DNA of 64,000 bases, taken from positions 32,001 to 96,000 of the IMG/VR virus record IMGVR_UViG_3300020054_000866. One strand, 5' to 3'. The notes under the pieces were generated by a model that saw only the letters and a list, made by a program, of their open reading frames with translations, did no database searches and was not told the origin of the DNA. This document shows, in pieces, positions 46,801 through 57,900 of this stretch; position 1 is the first letter of the stretch, and every line of letters begins with the position of its first letter. This DNA is from a virus. The position numbers were made by a program, and so were the translations under genes.

Positions 46801-47949
46801 AACTACAACTCGCCCACCCATCTTAGCGAAGCGGCCGCTTTTGTCGCGAACTTGCTTTCGTGCCTTTGCTGATCGCTCCTCGGGAGTATATTCGCCGTCA
46901 GCGTCACTCTCTTCTCCGGCGGCGGTGAGCACTGAGTCGATCTCGCCCCAGTCAATTTGATCAGCGGCCGCAGCAGCAAGCTCGGCTTCTTCCTCATTGA
47001 GTGAGTAGACAGACACGCTTGTGAACGGGCGCTCCTGAAGGTGCGCGGAAATAATCAACGCGGTTTGCGGATCAATAAGAATGTGGCGCTTTTCTACGAC
47101 ATCATACGGATCGTCAAGAGACCGATCGTACGTGTAGATATCGCTGTCGACGTGACCGAGATCGTCCCAGTCACCATCGTCCCAAACGTAGATAACCTCA
47201 TCGAGACCGAGCATGTAGAGACGATCAATTCCGCTGCCGTCAAGACGAACACGAGCGATGAACTCTGGGCAATCGCCGTCACTAATGTTTTGTGCAAGAT
47301 CAAAGACATCAATGGCAGGCTTAGCGTATCTACTAATTGACATTGACTCTTGGTCGCTGTACTCTTCGTACGGGTCTACGACCGTCTCGCCGCTGGCAGT
47401 CTTCGCCTTCTTATTTTCACGCTCAACGATGTTTTTGGCCCAGCGCCACGCCGAATCTCCACCCCATAGCGCCCAGGCAATTCTTCCATTCGACGGGTAG
47501 CCATCTTCTCCAGGGTCGTAGCCTTTTGCCTTCTTATCAATCTCGTGACGAGGAAAGTACTTAGCGATATGGCGAACCTTTTTAATTCCAATTTGCCCGC
47601 CGGCGGCTAAAGTTCTTGCCGTGCTGATGCCGACCGGCGTCCCGCCTCTTTTGTACTCTTTTCTCCACTCAAGAGCCTTCTTTGCTTCAGCCTGTACACC
47701 CTTTGGGATAGTGTACATTCTGGCAGAAGCAGTCAACGCAACGACACGAAGGTCGGAGAGAGCGGCAGATGCAAGCTCGTGCATTACGTCGGAGGGCTCA
47801 CTATCGCACGGCCCCCAAGGCATTAGATACGACATCTCCGAAAGCATTCCGGAGTCTTCTACCATATTAGTTTCGGAGTTTACAACTACGCCCCTAGAGC
47901 CGTCTGTAAAGAGAACCAGATTCTCTGACTCGCCATGAACGGTGATCAT
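43822..47949 (-). CDS. Multidomain capsid maturation (prohead) protease
   Basis: PEG.ETGDGR.F, LPL.WQ....GH....VG.I, GVS.D, T.V..PAF; second YGH.A.W...HYD...GED..GIW.AG...SGDWR...VN.PGF domain; several accessory domains. Confidence 0.8.
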   Translation of the reverse strand: MITVHGESENLVLFTDGSRGVVVNSETNMVEDSGMLSEMSYLMPWGPCDSEPSDVMHELASAALSDLRVVALTASARMYTIPKGVQAEAKKALEWRKEYKRGGTPVGISTARTLAAGGQIGIKKVRHIAKYFPRHEIDKKAKGYDPGEDGYPSNGRIAWALWGGDSAWRWAKNIVERENKKAKTASGETVVDPYEEYSDQESMSISRYAKPAIDVFDLAQNISDGDCPEFIARVRLDGSGIDRLYMLGLDEVIYVWDDGDWDDLGHVDSDIYTYDRSLDDPYDVVEKRHILIDPQTALIISAHLQERPFTSVSVYSLNEEEAELAAAAADQIDWGEIDSVLTAAGEESDADGEYTPEERSAKARKQVRDKSGRFAKMGGRVVVDGDASKSGSISGIDPDTQSVTLKMDDGSSQTVRANRVQAEGTQPAMQTGPLTDTPGMPLDTRGILGEPRAPIDRPKAAIPGGLPALRSEDLQKIVNNYPAWVMEQRSGGADLQDKRVRGQKIQPAGDRAPEYQKSDYIRNMERESGEELFTKRAEHHPLLQDYFKKKPKESKIWYSPITSTAYDINENTVEPSKPGEELTPETSDVEPMYVAIVSPDDPQAVMDLVSVVPASSTSTSPTTFIREDGEWVKDEQILADLTSATPPPVVALTGEVYDDVLAQVDQTMTASGNYVYVFDENERRLLEMYGVEPLNTLMAAGGLDRNRGKAEKLRRYWTIGRGALKIRWNTPGDWTRCYRHLRKYMGPRAKGYCSLRHKEMTGVWPGSKYNVGKKKKSVRGSAEDLYDVLSEEQIIETSILRAKVADAKSRVLVAGGYKNSYGGCKFKIPLVIPEGAETGDGRVFKKGAITLRELPLPLLWQIKTGDGHNGSVVVGRIDHMERTDDGIGNAYGVFDTGAYGAEAERLVKNGFIRGVSADLDMFEASESDDDDDEILGDDSDEKAEELLEEVKKKVKKIGGGKIEVDKARVMAVTIVPKPAFQECRIYIEDEDSEDLQSQEEEMEVTPDGIYVEDLNDLDAQALVACGMVAGSIPIVPPAEWFQNPKLTKATPLTVTDEGQVYGHIAAWHVDHIGMAYGTKPPRSKSKYSYFHTGVLRADDGNDYPVGQLTLAGGHAPLEASASDAARHYDDTGSAIADVHAGEDSYGIWVAGSLRTTATPEQIRALRASAPSGDWRPIGGSLELVAVCQVNVPGFPIARARVASGQVYALVAAGASTLARMKSDPLQDMKKRLDALEKLSVVSEDTKSKAEELSNRVRSTFAYDELGYISTKTREKLAKEGKALPDGSYPIRNIEELKDAIQAYGRSKPSKRAAVRRHIMKRARSLKRADLIPEKWKNAGLVDDDVVDGIKARVQSLTIRAAVESGDADPKAPPMQ

Positions 47950-48695
47950 TTCTCTACACCTTTTTGTTGTAGCTTATCGTCAGTAATCGGCCCGCCGGTC
48001 GCCCAGGCAGCACACGTTCTAGCAGAGGCGCATTTGAAGTCAAAGGCTTCACAATACCCAAGCTCGCCGGCGTCGATAGAGTCCCACGGGTCGGTTGCGC
48101 CGTCTGTGCCGCCAAGACCTTCAGCAATACAGTTCTTAACACTGGTTGTTACGTAGAAAAACACGCAATTGCCGCACAGGCTCTTTTTAGCATCTTCTGG
48201 AGAGACACTCCAGCGATCCGCCATATCTTTCCAGTACATATCGTTTGGCTGCTCTGGGTTGAGTGGCCCGTATTCAGCAACCTCGATCGCGCGCTGGCGA
48301 TTCTTGATATTCAAGGCAATATCAGACGTTGCCGGAGGGCACTTACCGTCCTCTACAGCCGCTGTGACCGTGGTCGGATCGCCGTCCTTATCGGAAAAAT
48401 CCTCGACCTTGAGAACTGGAACTCGTTCGCCTTTAACCTGTCTGGTGTCAAAGTATTTGATGAAATCGACGTTCACATACTCGGTGTAGTACTTCGGGTC
48501 GTCAATTTCATCAAAGAAGTTTTCATCGATTTGAACCCACGAGCCGTTGTCTCTGATGAACGTTCTGCCTTTTTGCTCGCTAGCAAAAACAAGGTATACT
48601 CCGTCATCGACGTCAGAATCGACAACAACGTAGAGGTCGTCTCTGGGGCCGATCGATGTTGGCCACACTGGGACGCTAGCGGTCTTACTTGCCAT
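47946..48695 (-). CDS. Head-region protein with Cys-rich HiPIP-like C-terminal domain
   Basis: CP.AT.D...N..NR..AI....YGP.NP; CGNC..F...C...GYC..F.FKCA..RTC.AW..GGP. Confidence 0.65.
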   Translation of the reverse strand: MASKTASVPVWPTSIGPRDDLYVVVDSDVDDGVYLVFASEQKGRTFIRDNGSWVQIDENFFDEIDDPKYYTEYVNVDFIKYFDTRQVKGERVPVLKVEDFSDKDGDPTTVTAAVEDGKCPPATSDIALNIKNRQRAIEVAEYGPLNPEQPNDMYWKDMADRWSVSPEDAKKSLCGNCVFFYVTTSVKNCIAEGLGGTDGATDPWDSIDAGELGYCEAFDFKCASARTCAAWATGGPITDDKLQQKGVEK

Positions 48696-48700
48696 AGCAG

Positions 48701-48973
48701 TCAGTCTCTCATCTCATCAGACGGGTTTACCGAATCATCGGAAGCGCGTTCAACTGTCATTCTATACTGTACTCCACGACTCGAGAATGATATTTCGCCA
48801 TTTTCAAAGTCACTAAGAGGTTCTGACAGCGGTAGAACCTTATATTTGTCAAAGCTACTTAGCTGAATTGCCGGATTTTCATCATTGAAGACAAGTGCAG
48901 AATTCCAATATTGGACCCTGTTCGTGTATTCTCCAGTCAACTCTTTTATCGTGATTCCAGTGTATTCAATCAT
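48701..48973 (-). CDS. Small hypothetical protein directly after the giant ORF
   Basis: Starts 3 nt after the giant ORF stop; AT-richer than the core genes. Confidence 0.6.
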   Translation of the reverse strand: MIEYTGITIKELTGEYTNRVQYWNSALVFNDENPAIQLSSFDKYKVLPLSEPLSDFENGEISFSSRGVQYRMTVERASDDSVNPSDEMRD

Positions 48974-48976
48974 AGT

Positions 48977-51900
48977 TTAATAAATCCGCTCGAACAATAC
49001 AAAGAAGTCTTCAACAGGCACTCCGTTTATTTCAGATATACCACGAGCTTCTAGACTCACGAGTATATTTTCACGCACTTGCGTTCCTACGTGCACTTTC
49101 TTAATAGCAGAAGGCGATATCGCGCCTTTAACAAGAATCTCGTACGCGTCGAATGAAGTCATTTCATTGTACGGATCTCTCTCCGACCGAGCGCCAAATC
49201 TGTCAGTCTCGTTTGCCCATATGTCTAACCGACTGAGAATGACGTCTGGATCAAGTTCAAACGCGTAGTTTGTAGTCGAGTACGTCGATGTCGGGTCCAT
49301 TTGAATAGATCTCGGGGTAGCTCTAGAAATGTACGCGTATTCAGCAGAGCCAGTTCCGTAGTCGGCGTACGACGACTGGCCTTCGATGCCTATGCCGGAA
49401 TCAAATCTCTTTCTAGAACTGACAATGCCAGGTACTCCCGCGCCTATATCATCTGGCTCACTAAGCCCGAGCACTCGAAGAACTACCTTTGCGGCGGCCT
49501 CGCTCTCAGTTATCCAAGAGTCATCAAAAGTCTCTGAATAGGACGCTGGAAGATTGCCAGCGTGCCAGAACGACTCGCCGCCTCCAAGCGCGATTCTTTT
49601 CCTTAGAGCGTCGACAAGCTCTTGAGAGTGTCGAATCTCGACCTTGCCGGTTGCAGGATCTGTTGCTACAGTGTAGTCAAAAAGACTCGGATACAACTGC
49701 CGCAGCTCTTGAACTATTCTATCTCTATTTGCCCCCGAGGTCGTGAACGCCGGGTTGTTGTAGTTGCCTTCTGAACTAAGAACGCTAATCGCTCTATTTT
49801 CTACAAGGAGCTCGATGTCCTGCTCTGTTGCCGGTCTTGGGTCGCGAACGCCGGCTACTTTCATTGCTAGTTCAACGACTTCACTTGAGGGATTGTCGTC
49901 GTCAAAAAGAATACGAACTCTGTTTACGTCTGCAATAAGATTGTCAGATCCGCCCTGGACAGCTCCACCTTCTTCATTGTACAGCCCCGTGTATGGACTA
50001 CTGTATGAGCTGCCAGAAGAGGTTGTTGCAATTCTTATTGAAAAACCATCTCCTTGATACACGAGCTCTTGCATAGATCTATCAAGGTAGAGTCTTCCGT
50101 TACCGTCTTCTTTTCTAATGTCATTTGACTCGCCTACATACTTTACGCCGTTGTCGTCGACTTGAATAAAAGTGTTGTATAGCGCGTAACCGATCACGGT
50201 GTTTCTCATACGATCAGTGCCAGTTGAAGTGCTAACTGACCACCCGGAGTCATCGTCTCTAGCCCGCTGTTTAGCGACAGCAGTAAGTCTTTCAGCAGCC
50301 CAGGCGGTAAGTTTGAATGACATTTGTGTCTTAACTTTGTCGCTAAAGTTGCGCTTGACTCGAGATATCTCCACCTCACCGTCTTCTATGTCTGAACCAT
50401 CAAACAATGTAGAAGTTGCTATCGACTTCTTGTCAGCAGAGTTGGCTATACTAATAGCTTCAGTCATAGACGGTACGTCGTCAAACGCCGAGCTCGTTAA
50501 CGGAAGAACGTCTACGTCTTCTCTAAGCTCTCTCCCTGGCCCGAGGAATCGTGACGCGGCCACCCGCGCCGCTAGTGCCGGGTCTGACATAAACAGTTTT
50601 GAGACCTTTCTAGCCGCTTCTGGGTTGTCAGCCATTATTCGTTTAATGGATTCGATGCTCTCGCGAAGAGTAGTGGCGACAGCAACCCACGAATCTTTCC
50701 CGCCGACTGCGTTCTTTCCAATTGATGACTGATTCTTCTTACTAATTGTCCAGTCGTCTTTTACCTCGATGTCTTTAAATCTGCCGTTAATAAGAGCGTT
50801 CTTAAACTCTCCTAGTACAGCACGAACTTCAGGATCTGTCGCTTCTCCTATTGCAGCATGAAGATATATTGAAGCCCCAACTACGTCGCCTTGACTAATC
50901 ATCGCGAGGGTCTGAGTTTCAATAGCCCCGTTGTACGGCTTAGCGTCTCCATCAGGAGTATCAGGTCTTCTATTATAGTTGATATCGACCGCCGCCACTC
51001 GCGCAAAATTAAGAATATCGCGGATGCGAGCGAGCTCGCCTAAGTACCCTCTCTCGCTCTTGTCAATTTCTGAAGAGTACGCGTGCCTAACAGCAGCCAC
51101 TACAGCCATAGTGTTGCCCATAACTGTCTCAGGAATGCCTTGCTCATCAAAAATCTGTCTATATTCTTTTGCAAGGACCTCAGAAATTTCATCTACCTCA
51201 AAAGGATCTTCGTTGCTGTAGTCCGTGAAATTCTTAGACATCTTTGCAGTCTCGGCGCGCGCGCGGAGTGCTTCTGAGTGTCTTTCCAAAAGCTCTGGCA
51301 TGAATTCGTCGAGAGACGGGTGTAGCTCGCCGGTTCCGACCATGCGTAGGAGCTCATCAGCGGTGAAGAATTTAATTTCTGACGTCTCGTTATCGCTGAT
51401 TTTCGCGCTCTTCGCGTCTTCAGCAGAAACTGTGAAGCCAACTGTAGAGTACCGCCAGTCCTGCGTGACATCGTTCTCATGTATGAAGTCGGGGACTGTC
51501 AACGCGTTGATAGAAATTCCAATTTCCTCTGCGGTCTCTTCAATCGCGGTTGTTCTAGGGTCTTCTGCATTTCTTCTGTTTCTATGCGCTCCACCAGGCA
51601 GACCCCACTTCCCCCCTCCTCCTGGGATCCACGTTGCTCTTTTGCCAAGAACGTACTTAACTTCTCCATCATCGTCAACAAACGAGATTAGCGCGCCGCC
51701 GGCGCCGTATCTTCCCCAAAATCTTTGCTTCTCCGCCGAGAAGAAATAACCTTCGCCAGCGCTATCTGCTCCACCGTCACCCATCGGTATAAACATTGGT
51801 AGTAGAACATCGGGATCGTCAACGTTGACGTCGTATCTATCTATAAACGACTCCGCCACCCAGACATCGTCGTCTATCTGACTAAATTCTACTCCCTTGT

Positions 51901-54900
51901 ACGTAGCTTTTTGGAGAGGGTAGATACTCTTCTGATTTGATATTTCTCCAGAAGAATTAATGTTCTGCTCAACCCACTCGGGATCAGCATCCTCGATGTA
52001 CTTTCTCCATTTACCACTTTCTACTTTGGCTTTGAGATCACCTTCAATGAAGTAAAAGACCTTGTTGGTCTGAGGAGTAGTCAACCTTCCTTCATAGTCT
52101 GGCAATATTCCAGCGTTGTCGTACGTCTCTTCAAGTTGCGAATTAAGCACTCGACTCCACGCGATGTGATGCGGGCTGCCGACACGAAATGGATTGAGAC
52201 TCTCTAGCGCTTTGACAACTATTTCCCGAGTCGGTCTAGGGTGACGAGCATCTACGAGATTTGCGTCAAGCCACTCGTCTGATGCGATTGAGTAATAGTC
52301 GCGGGCAAGTTCTTTGCTCGGGCTTTCTGAGTACGTATCGTGTTTTTCCGAGACTGCCTTTGCGATATTCTCGATAAAGAGCTGTACTTTTTGCTCGGTG
52401 AAATCAGACTGGGACTTTCCCTGCTCTTCTCTCTGACTATCTATTATTCTCAACGCTGAAATTCGGTACGAAGCATCTTCTACTGACCCTGGCTCAAACC
52501 CTGCACCTTCAATAATGGCACGTTCAGAATCTGAGAACTCGCCGGCATCAGAGTCATCACCATCGACCGGGCTATCTACATCGGAAGTTTCTGTATCTTG
52601 AGTGTTTTCTTCGAGAGATTTAACTTTTTCTTCTAAAGATTCAGATTTCTGCGACTTCACGAGCTTAACGTAGTACGAGCCGTCTCCGCGATCTTCGACT
52701 GAGTCTACTTTGAACGAGCCGTACGCGATAACCTCTCCCTCATCCCATGTCGATAGTTCGCTTACATCTACTCCAATTGCATCTTCTCCATCGACTTCTA
52801 GAATGATGTCTCCGAATTCTTCTGATGTTTCTACGTCCTTTGAAAAAGATCGAGGCGGGATAGTAACTGTAGATCCTTCTGTTATGAAGTCCTCAGTGCT
52901 CTCATTGTTGACAATCCCTCTGTACATTTTTCCACTGTAGGGAGAAGACTCTGAAAGTCGCGTAAGTAGACGAAAGAAAGCGCCAGCAACTGATGGCTCT
53001 TCTCCGCCTATCTGTTCTTCTCCTTGTACTAGTTTTAATTGTGATCTAAGAAGATCTCCATACGACACTGGAAGTTTGTTTTCTTGAGCAAACTTAACAA
53101 CGTCTTTCATCGAGCTAGGCTTGTCAATCTTGCTAAGCGCTCCCCCTAGATAGCGCTCCGTCGTGCCGTACCCGTCTAAAATTCCGCCGTCAAAGAATGT
53201 TAGAAACGCGACTAAGGCTCTTAGAGCTTCTTTCTTCTTTACGTCGTCAGATTCTGCAAACTCTATGCGTTCCGATACTACGTCCTTAAGACCAATATTG
53301 TCGTCGTCTTGTAGAGCATTGGATAAGACGTCGACTAGATCGTCTAAGTACTCATTCTCTTCTTTTGAATTATTTTCTAGATACTCTTCTAACAGCGAGA
53401 TAGTTCTGTCTGCAACATCTCTAGACTGTAAGAATCCGGCCAACTCAAATTCGGATGTAAGCTCATCGTCATCGCTGTACAGAACATCATCTGGCTCGAA
53501 ATTCTTAATTTTTTCAGATACTTCAGATTCAGCATCGACTGTTGGAGAATCTACAAGGTCGCTGATGTCGTAGTCTTCGTCTAGGACTATCACCTCGTGG
53601 TATTTGCCATTGCGCGTCACATGGACTGCTGCAATTCTCTCAACGGGGACTAACTCCTCGACAACGTTGTCACCAAACTGCTCTACAAACTCTCTTGTAG
53701 TCGCCCAGTTTGTTGTCGACTTCTTTTTCTGAGCACCGACAGCGCGAAACAACGGAACGGTGTCACCATACTGCGAACGAAGAGCTTCTCTAGTCGCCTT
53801 AAAGGCGTCGTAAAAATCTTGTGGCGATGTTTCTGGATCATCGCCGTCCATAATTTTGTCTACGTCTGTATCAGCATTGAAAAATACTCCGGAGGCAGCA
53901 CTCTTTATTGCCGTGTACACTCCTTTATTTTTGAACAGATCTTTGTATGCGGCCAAGTTAGTTTCTGGAGAAAGAGTGCTCAGCCTTTCAGCAGCATCAG
54001 CGACGTCTTCTACTGATGCTTTTGCGTCTTTTCTTCTATCGAAACGTAGCTCATTTATTCTTTTTGATAACGCGACGTACTCTTCGGCTTCTTCCCTTGT
54101 TAGTCCACCTTTGGCCTCAAAGACTTTGATTCTTTCTTTAAGCTGCTTTTCCTCAGCGAGAGCGTCGTTGTTTGGCGCCCCCTCAGGGGCGTCAACTTTT
54201 GGGGAATCACCAACAACTGCAATAGCGTCGGATCGACGTATTGTTGTTTCAAAGCCACTCGGTGGACTAATCGTAATGAACGTATCGTCTGGCGACGTCT
54301 GACCAATTTCTTCTCGAAGAAGATCTTTGATCGTCTCATCGTCTGCCGTATACTCCGGATTCTCAGAATCTCGTAAAGCTTCTGTGATGTTTTTTGAAGC
54401 TTGCGCCACGTCGGTACCAGGAGACTCAGGACGATCAGACTCCTCGCCTGTCCAGGCGTCATCTCTTCTATTGTCCTCGACGTTTTCACGAAGAGCCTCT
54501 GTAGTTCCGGCTGGCGCTTCGCCCGAGTCCCCGCTGTCGTCTGGCTTTGGAGACGGCGGCTCGACACCCATCGGACCTTCACCGTCATCGTCGCCCATCT
54601 TACGAAGTTCTTCGAGCTGCGAGTCAAGGTTCTTCGGCTTCTTGCCTTCAGGAACCTTACCGCTGTCAATCCACGGCGAGTTGTCGTCGCCGTCCTTGAT
54701 TACTGTAAGCGCAGTTGTGCCTTTACTGTCGATGTACTTCTTAGGACCATAGCTCTTCTTCGCTTTTTCACCAAGCTTGTCTGGGTCGCGATGATCAATG
54801 TCCTTAAGAATGTAGACATTGACGTATCCGCCACTTTCGTTGTACCGAACAACTGTGCCGGCATAGCCCCACTTATCTCGAACTCGCATCCCAGGCTTGA

Positions 54901-57900
54901 TGAACACGCCGTCCTTACTAAACCCAAGACCGCTACCCTCTGGCGGAAGACCCTTGCCAATCTCAGCAGGTCCATACACCGAGCCGTCAAGAATTCTTCT
55001 TGCGTCACGCACTGATCCGTGCGCAAAGTCGTAGTCGAGCTTTGTCTTGCCAGTCGAGGTAGAGAACTCGTCAAGCCCGTCCTCCTCGTTGCGCAAACGA
55101 GATACTGCCTCGCTGAGAGAAATCTTCCCGTCGGTGTAGTCTGAAATCGCGTCAATCGCTCTTTGAAGAGCGTCCTTGAACTTCTTACCAGTTGAGCCCT
55201 TGCTATAGATATCGTCCTTAACCATCTCAAGGTCGTCTGTGGCTTCTGACAAGTCGTCGCCGAATGTCTTCTGGGTCTTAGGATCAAACGCGACTTCTTC
55301 AATGATTGCGCCAGATGTGTCAACCGGAGCCTCGTCTGGAGAAGGAGGCGGCAGCGGCATGTCACCTTCGAGAGCCTCAGGAGACTCCGGAGTCCCGCCT
55401 GGCGCGACTTCGTCACGTGTCTCAGCAACTTCTTCGCTCGCTGAGAGTCTTGAGTCAACGACCTCGCCAACGCGTTCGTTGTACATCTCGACGATTTCTT
55501 CTTGAGTCGGGGCAGTCCCGATTGACTGACCGTCAACCCACGCTTCCCAGGTGTCTGAGAACATCTGTCGAATGTAGCTATTTTCGCTTCCGACAGCGTC
55601 AAGCTCGCCTTCACCGAGATCTTCAAGATTGTACTTCGCTACTTCAGCGGCGCGACGCTCTGGGTCGATCTCCACGGGTACTGGCGGAGCTTCTGGAGCT
55701 TCTGGAGCTTCTGGGACATCAGCCTCAGGAGCGCTAGGCAGATTGGGCGACTCGTCTGCTTCAGTTGTATATCCGTAGATGTACTCAAGAGAGCCTGGAT
55801 CAAGTTGTTTCTGCGCGCGTGTAACAGCAACGTACGCAAGACGCAGCTCTTCATCCGCTGGCATAATTGTTGCGCCAGTTTCGCCGTCGACTCTTGGTCC
55901 TCTGAAGTCATCGCCAATACGAACACGATCCCACTCGAGACCTTTAGCTCTGTGCGCCGTGCTAACTACGACGTCAGGTCTGTCCGCTGATCCGTCGCCA
56001 GCAAGCTTCGAGCGAAGCTCATTCAATGTCCGCGCGCGGTTGTCGTCGCCCTTGATTGAGCGCACCCAGCTCTTGTCAGCGGCGTTCCACTTAAATCCGA
56101 GAGCCTTGATCGACTCTTTAGTGTCAAATGTTTTTCCGGAGAGTTTTACTCTGTCTCCAGAAACCTCGAACATAACGCCATTAGCAACTTCGCCAGACGA
56201 ACCGCTCGCAACTTCTGATGGCATAAGCGGCGGCGCGCTCGGAAGCTCGTCAGATGACACGTCAGCGTTAGTAGTGTACGGGATTAGACGACCTAGCATG
56301 TCGTACAGTCCGTCGACGCCTTCGCTGTCTACAAGATCGACAAGAAATTCCAGCTTCTTATTGTCTTCGTCTTCGAGAGACTTGACAACTTCATCCCACG
56401 ACGAGAACGGCGCAAGATCTTCGTGCATCTGCGGTCGATCGTCTAGTCTTGCCCCAGACTTCAACCAATCAGCGTGGCGAACAAATCTCTCTAGGTCTTC
56501 TTTAAACGACTTAGTTACACCGACTTTTCTTCCAGCCTCGAGCTCTCTGTAGATTTCTCGAACTGCGCCGGCGTTTGAGCGAACAAGAACCGCGTCAGCA
56601 TCGGGCATGCCCCCTCTCGGGAGGATCTTGCCGTCTGGGCCGCCGCCTTCGATTCTGTAGTCCGAACCAAGAGCTGCTAAGAACCTGTTACCGATTCCGG
56701 CTATCTGCGGGCCGAATCTCCAAGACTTTGTTAATGGCAGATCATTCGGAGCACTGATTTTTTGTAGCTCGTCTTCAGCACCGCGGAAACCGTAGATCGC
56801 TTGATTACCGTCTCCAACGTACACAACCTGCGCGGTCTGATCTGCAATGACCTTTCCGATTACAGGGTTGATGTCCTGTGCTTCGTCAAAGAAGATGACA
56901 TCGGCTTTGTAGTCAAGTCCGGAGCCGTCGGCAGATAGATCAGGGCGAGACAACGCCCAGATCTTCGTCGCGTGGTTGTTGTTGAACGGAAGAACGCCAC
57001 TCGGGCTCTTAAGATCGTCCCAAATTTCTCCGGCCTTAGCAATCCATTCGTCTGGGACGTTGTCAAACTCGAAGTGCTGAGGGCCAATCTCATCATCGGC
57101 GCTAATCGTATAGTTTGTGACCGCCTTATTGATCGCGCGATACACCTGAGTAGCCGTCATGTCCTTGTCTGGCTCGTCTGGGCTTGGCTGCCCAGTTATT
57201 CCGAGGTCATTGGCAAGTTTACTTGGCTTGTTGTTGAAGCGGTTTTTCTTACGCTTGTCTGTGAGACTCGAGCCAATTGCTCTCCACGCGATTGAGTCGC
57301 CAGTACGTGACTCAACGTTGCCTGGCATTGTCGCATCAGCCTCGAGCTGAATTGACTTGTTGAACGCGACGTACGCTATTCTCTTCTTAGGCTGCTCTTT
57401 CTTCAAGCGCCTTGCAATAAGCTTAAGAGTGCTCGTCTTACCAGTCCCGGCAAGAGCACGAACAACAACATTTTCACCAGTAAGCACGGCGTCAACAACA
57501 TCGCGCTGTTGAGCCGTCGGTGGGAACTTCTCGTCAGCGTAGGGATCCTTGACGTTTACGCCATCTTTCTCAGGACGCTCAACAACTCCGTCATCAAGAG
57601 CATCTGCCATTGAGACGTTGCTGTCTGTTGCGCCGCCAGGTACGCCTTCGGGGTCTACAATCGACTCGTCTGGAGTCGCATTGTTGATCATGTCGTCTGG
57701 GTCTGGCACGTCGCACGGGCCTTCTCCATCACCGACTGCCGCTGTGATGCCGGCGCCGCCGCAGTTCCACGCGGCCGCTACGGCCTTAGCGGCTTCGTAG
57801 TCAGCGAGCTCGTCCTTGTACACCGACATTGCAGCGTCGTACTCTGCGCGGTCTTGGGCGATCTTTTCAGCCTCACGGCCATCGAACGACTCTGTAGAAA

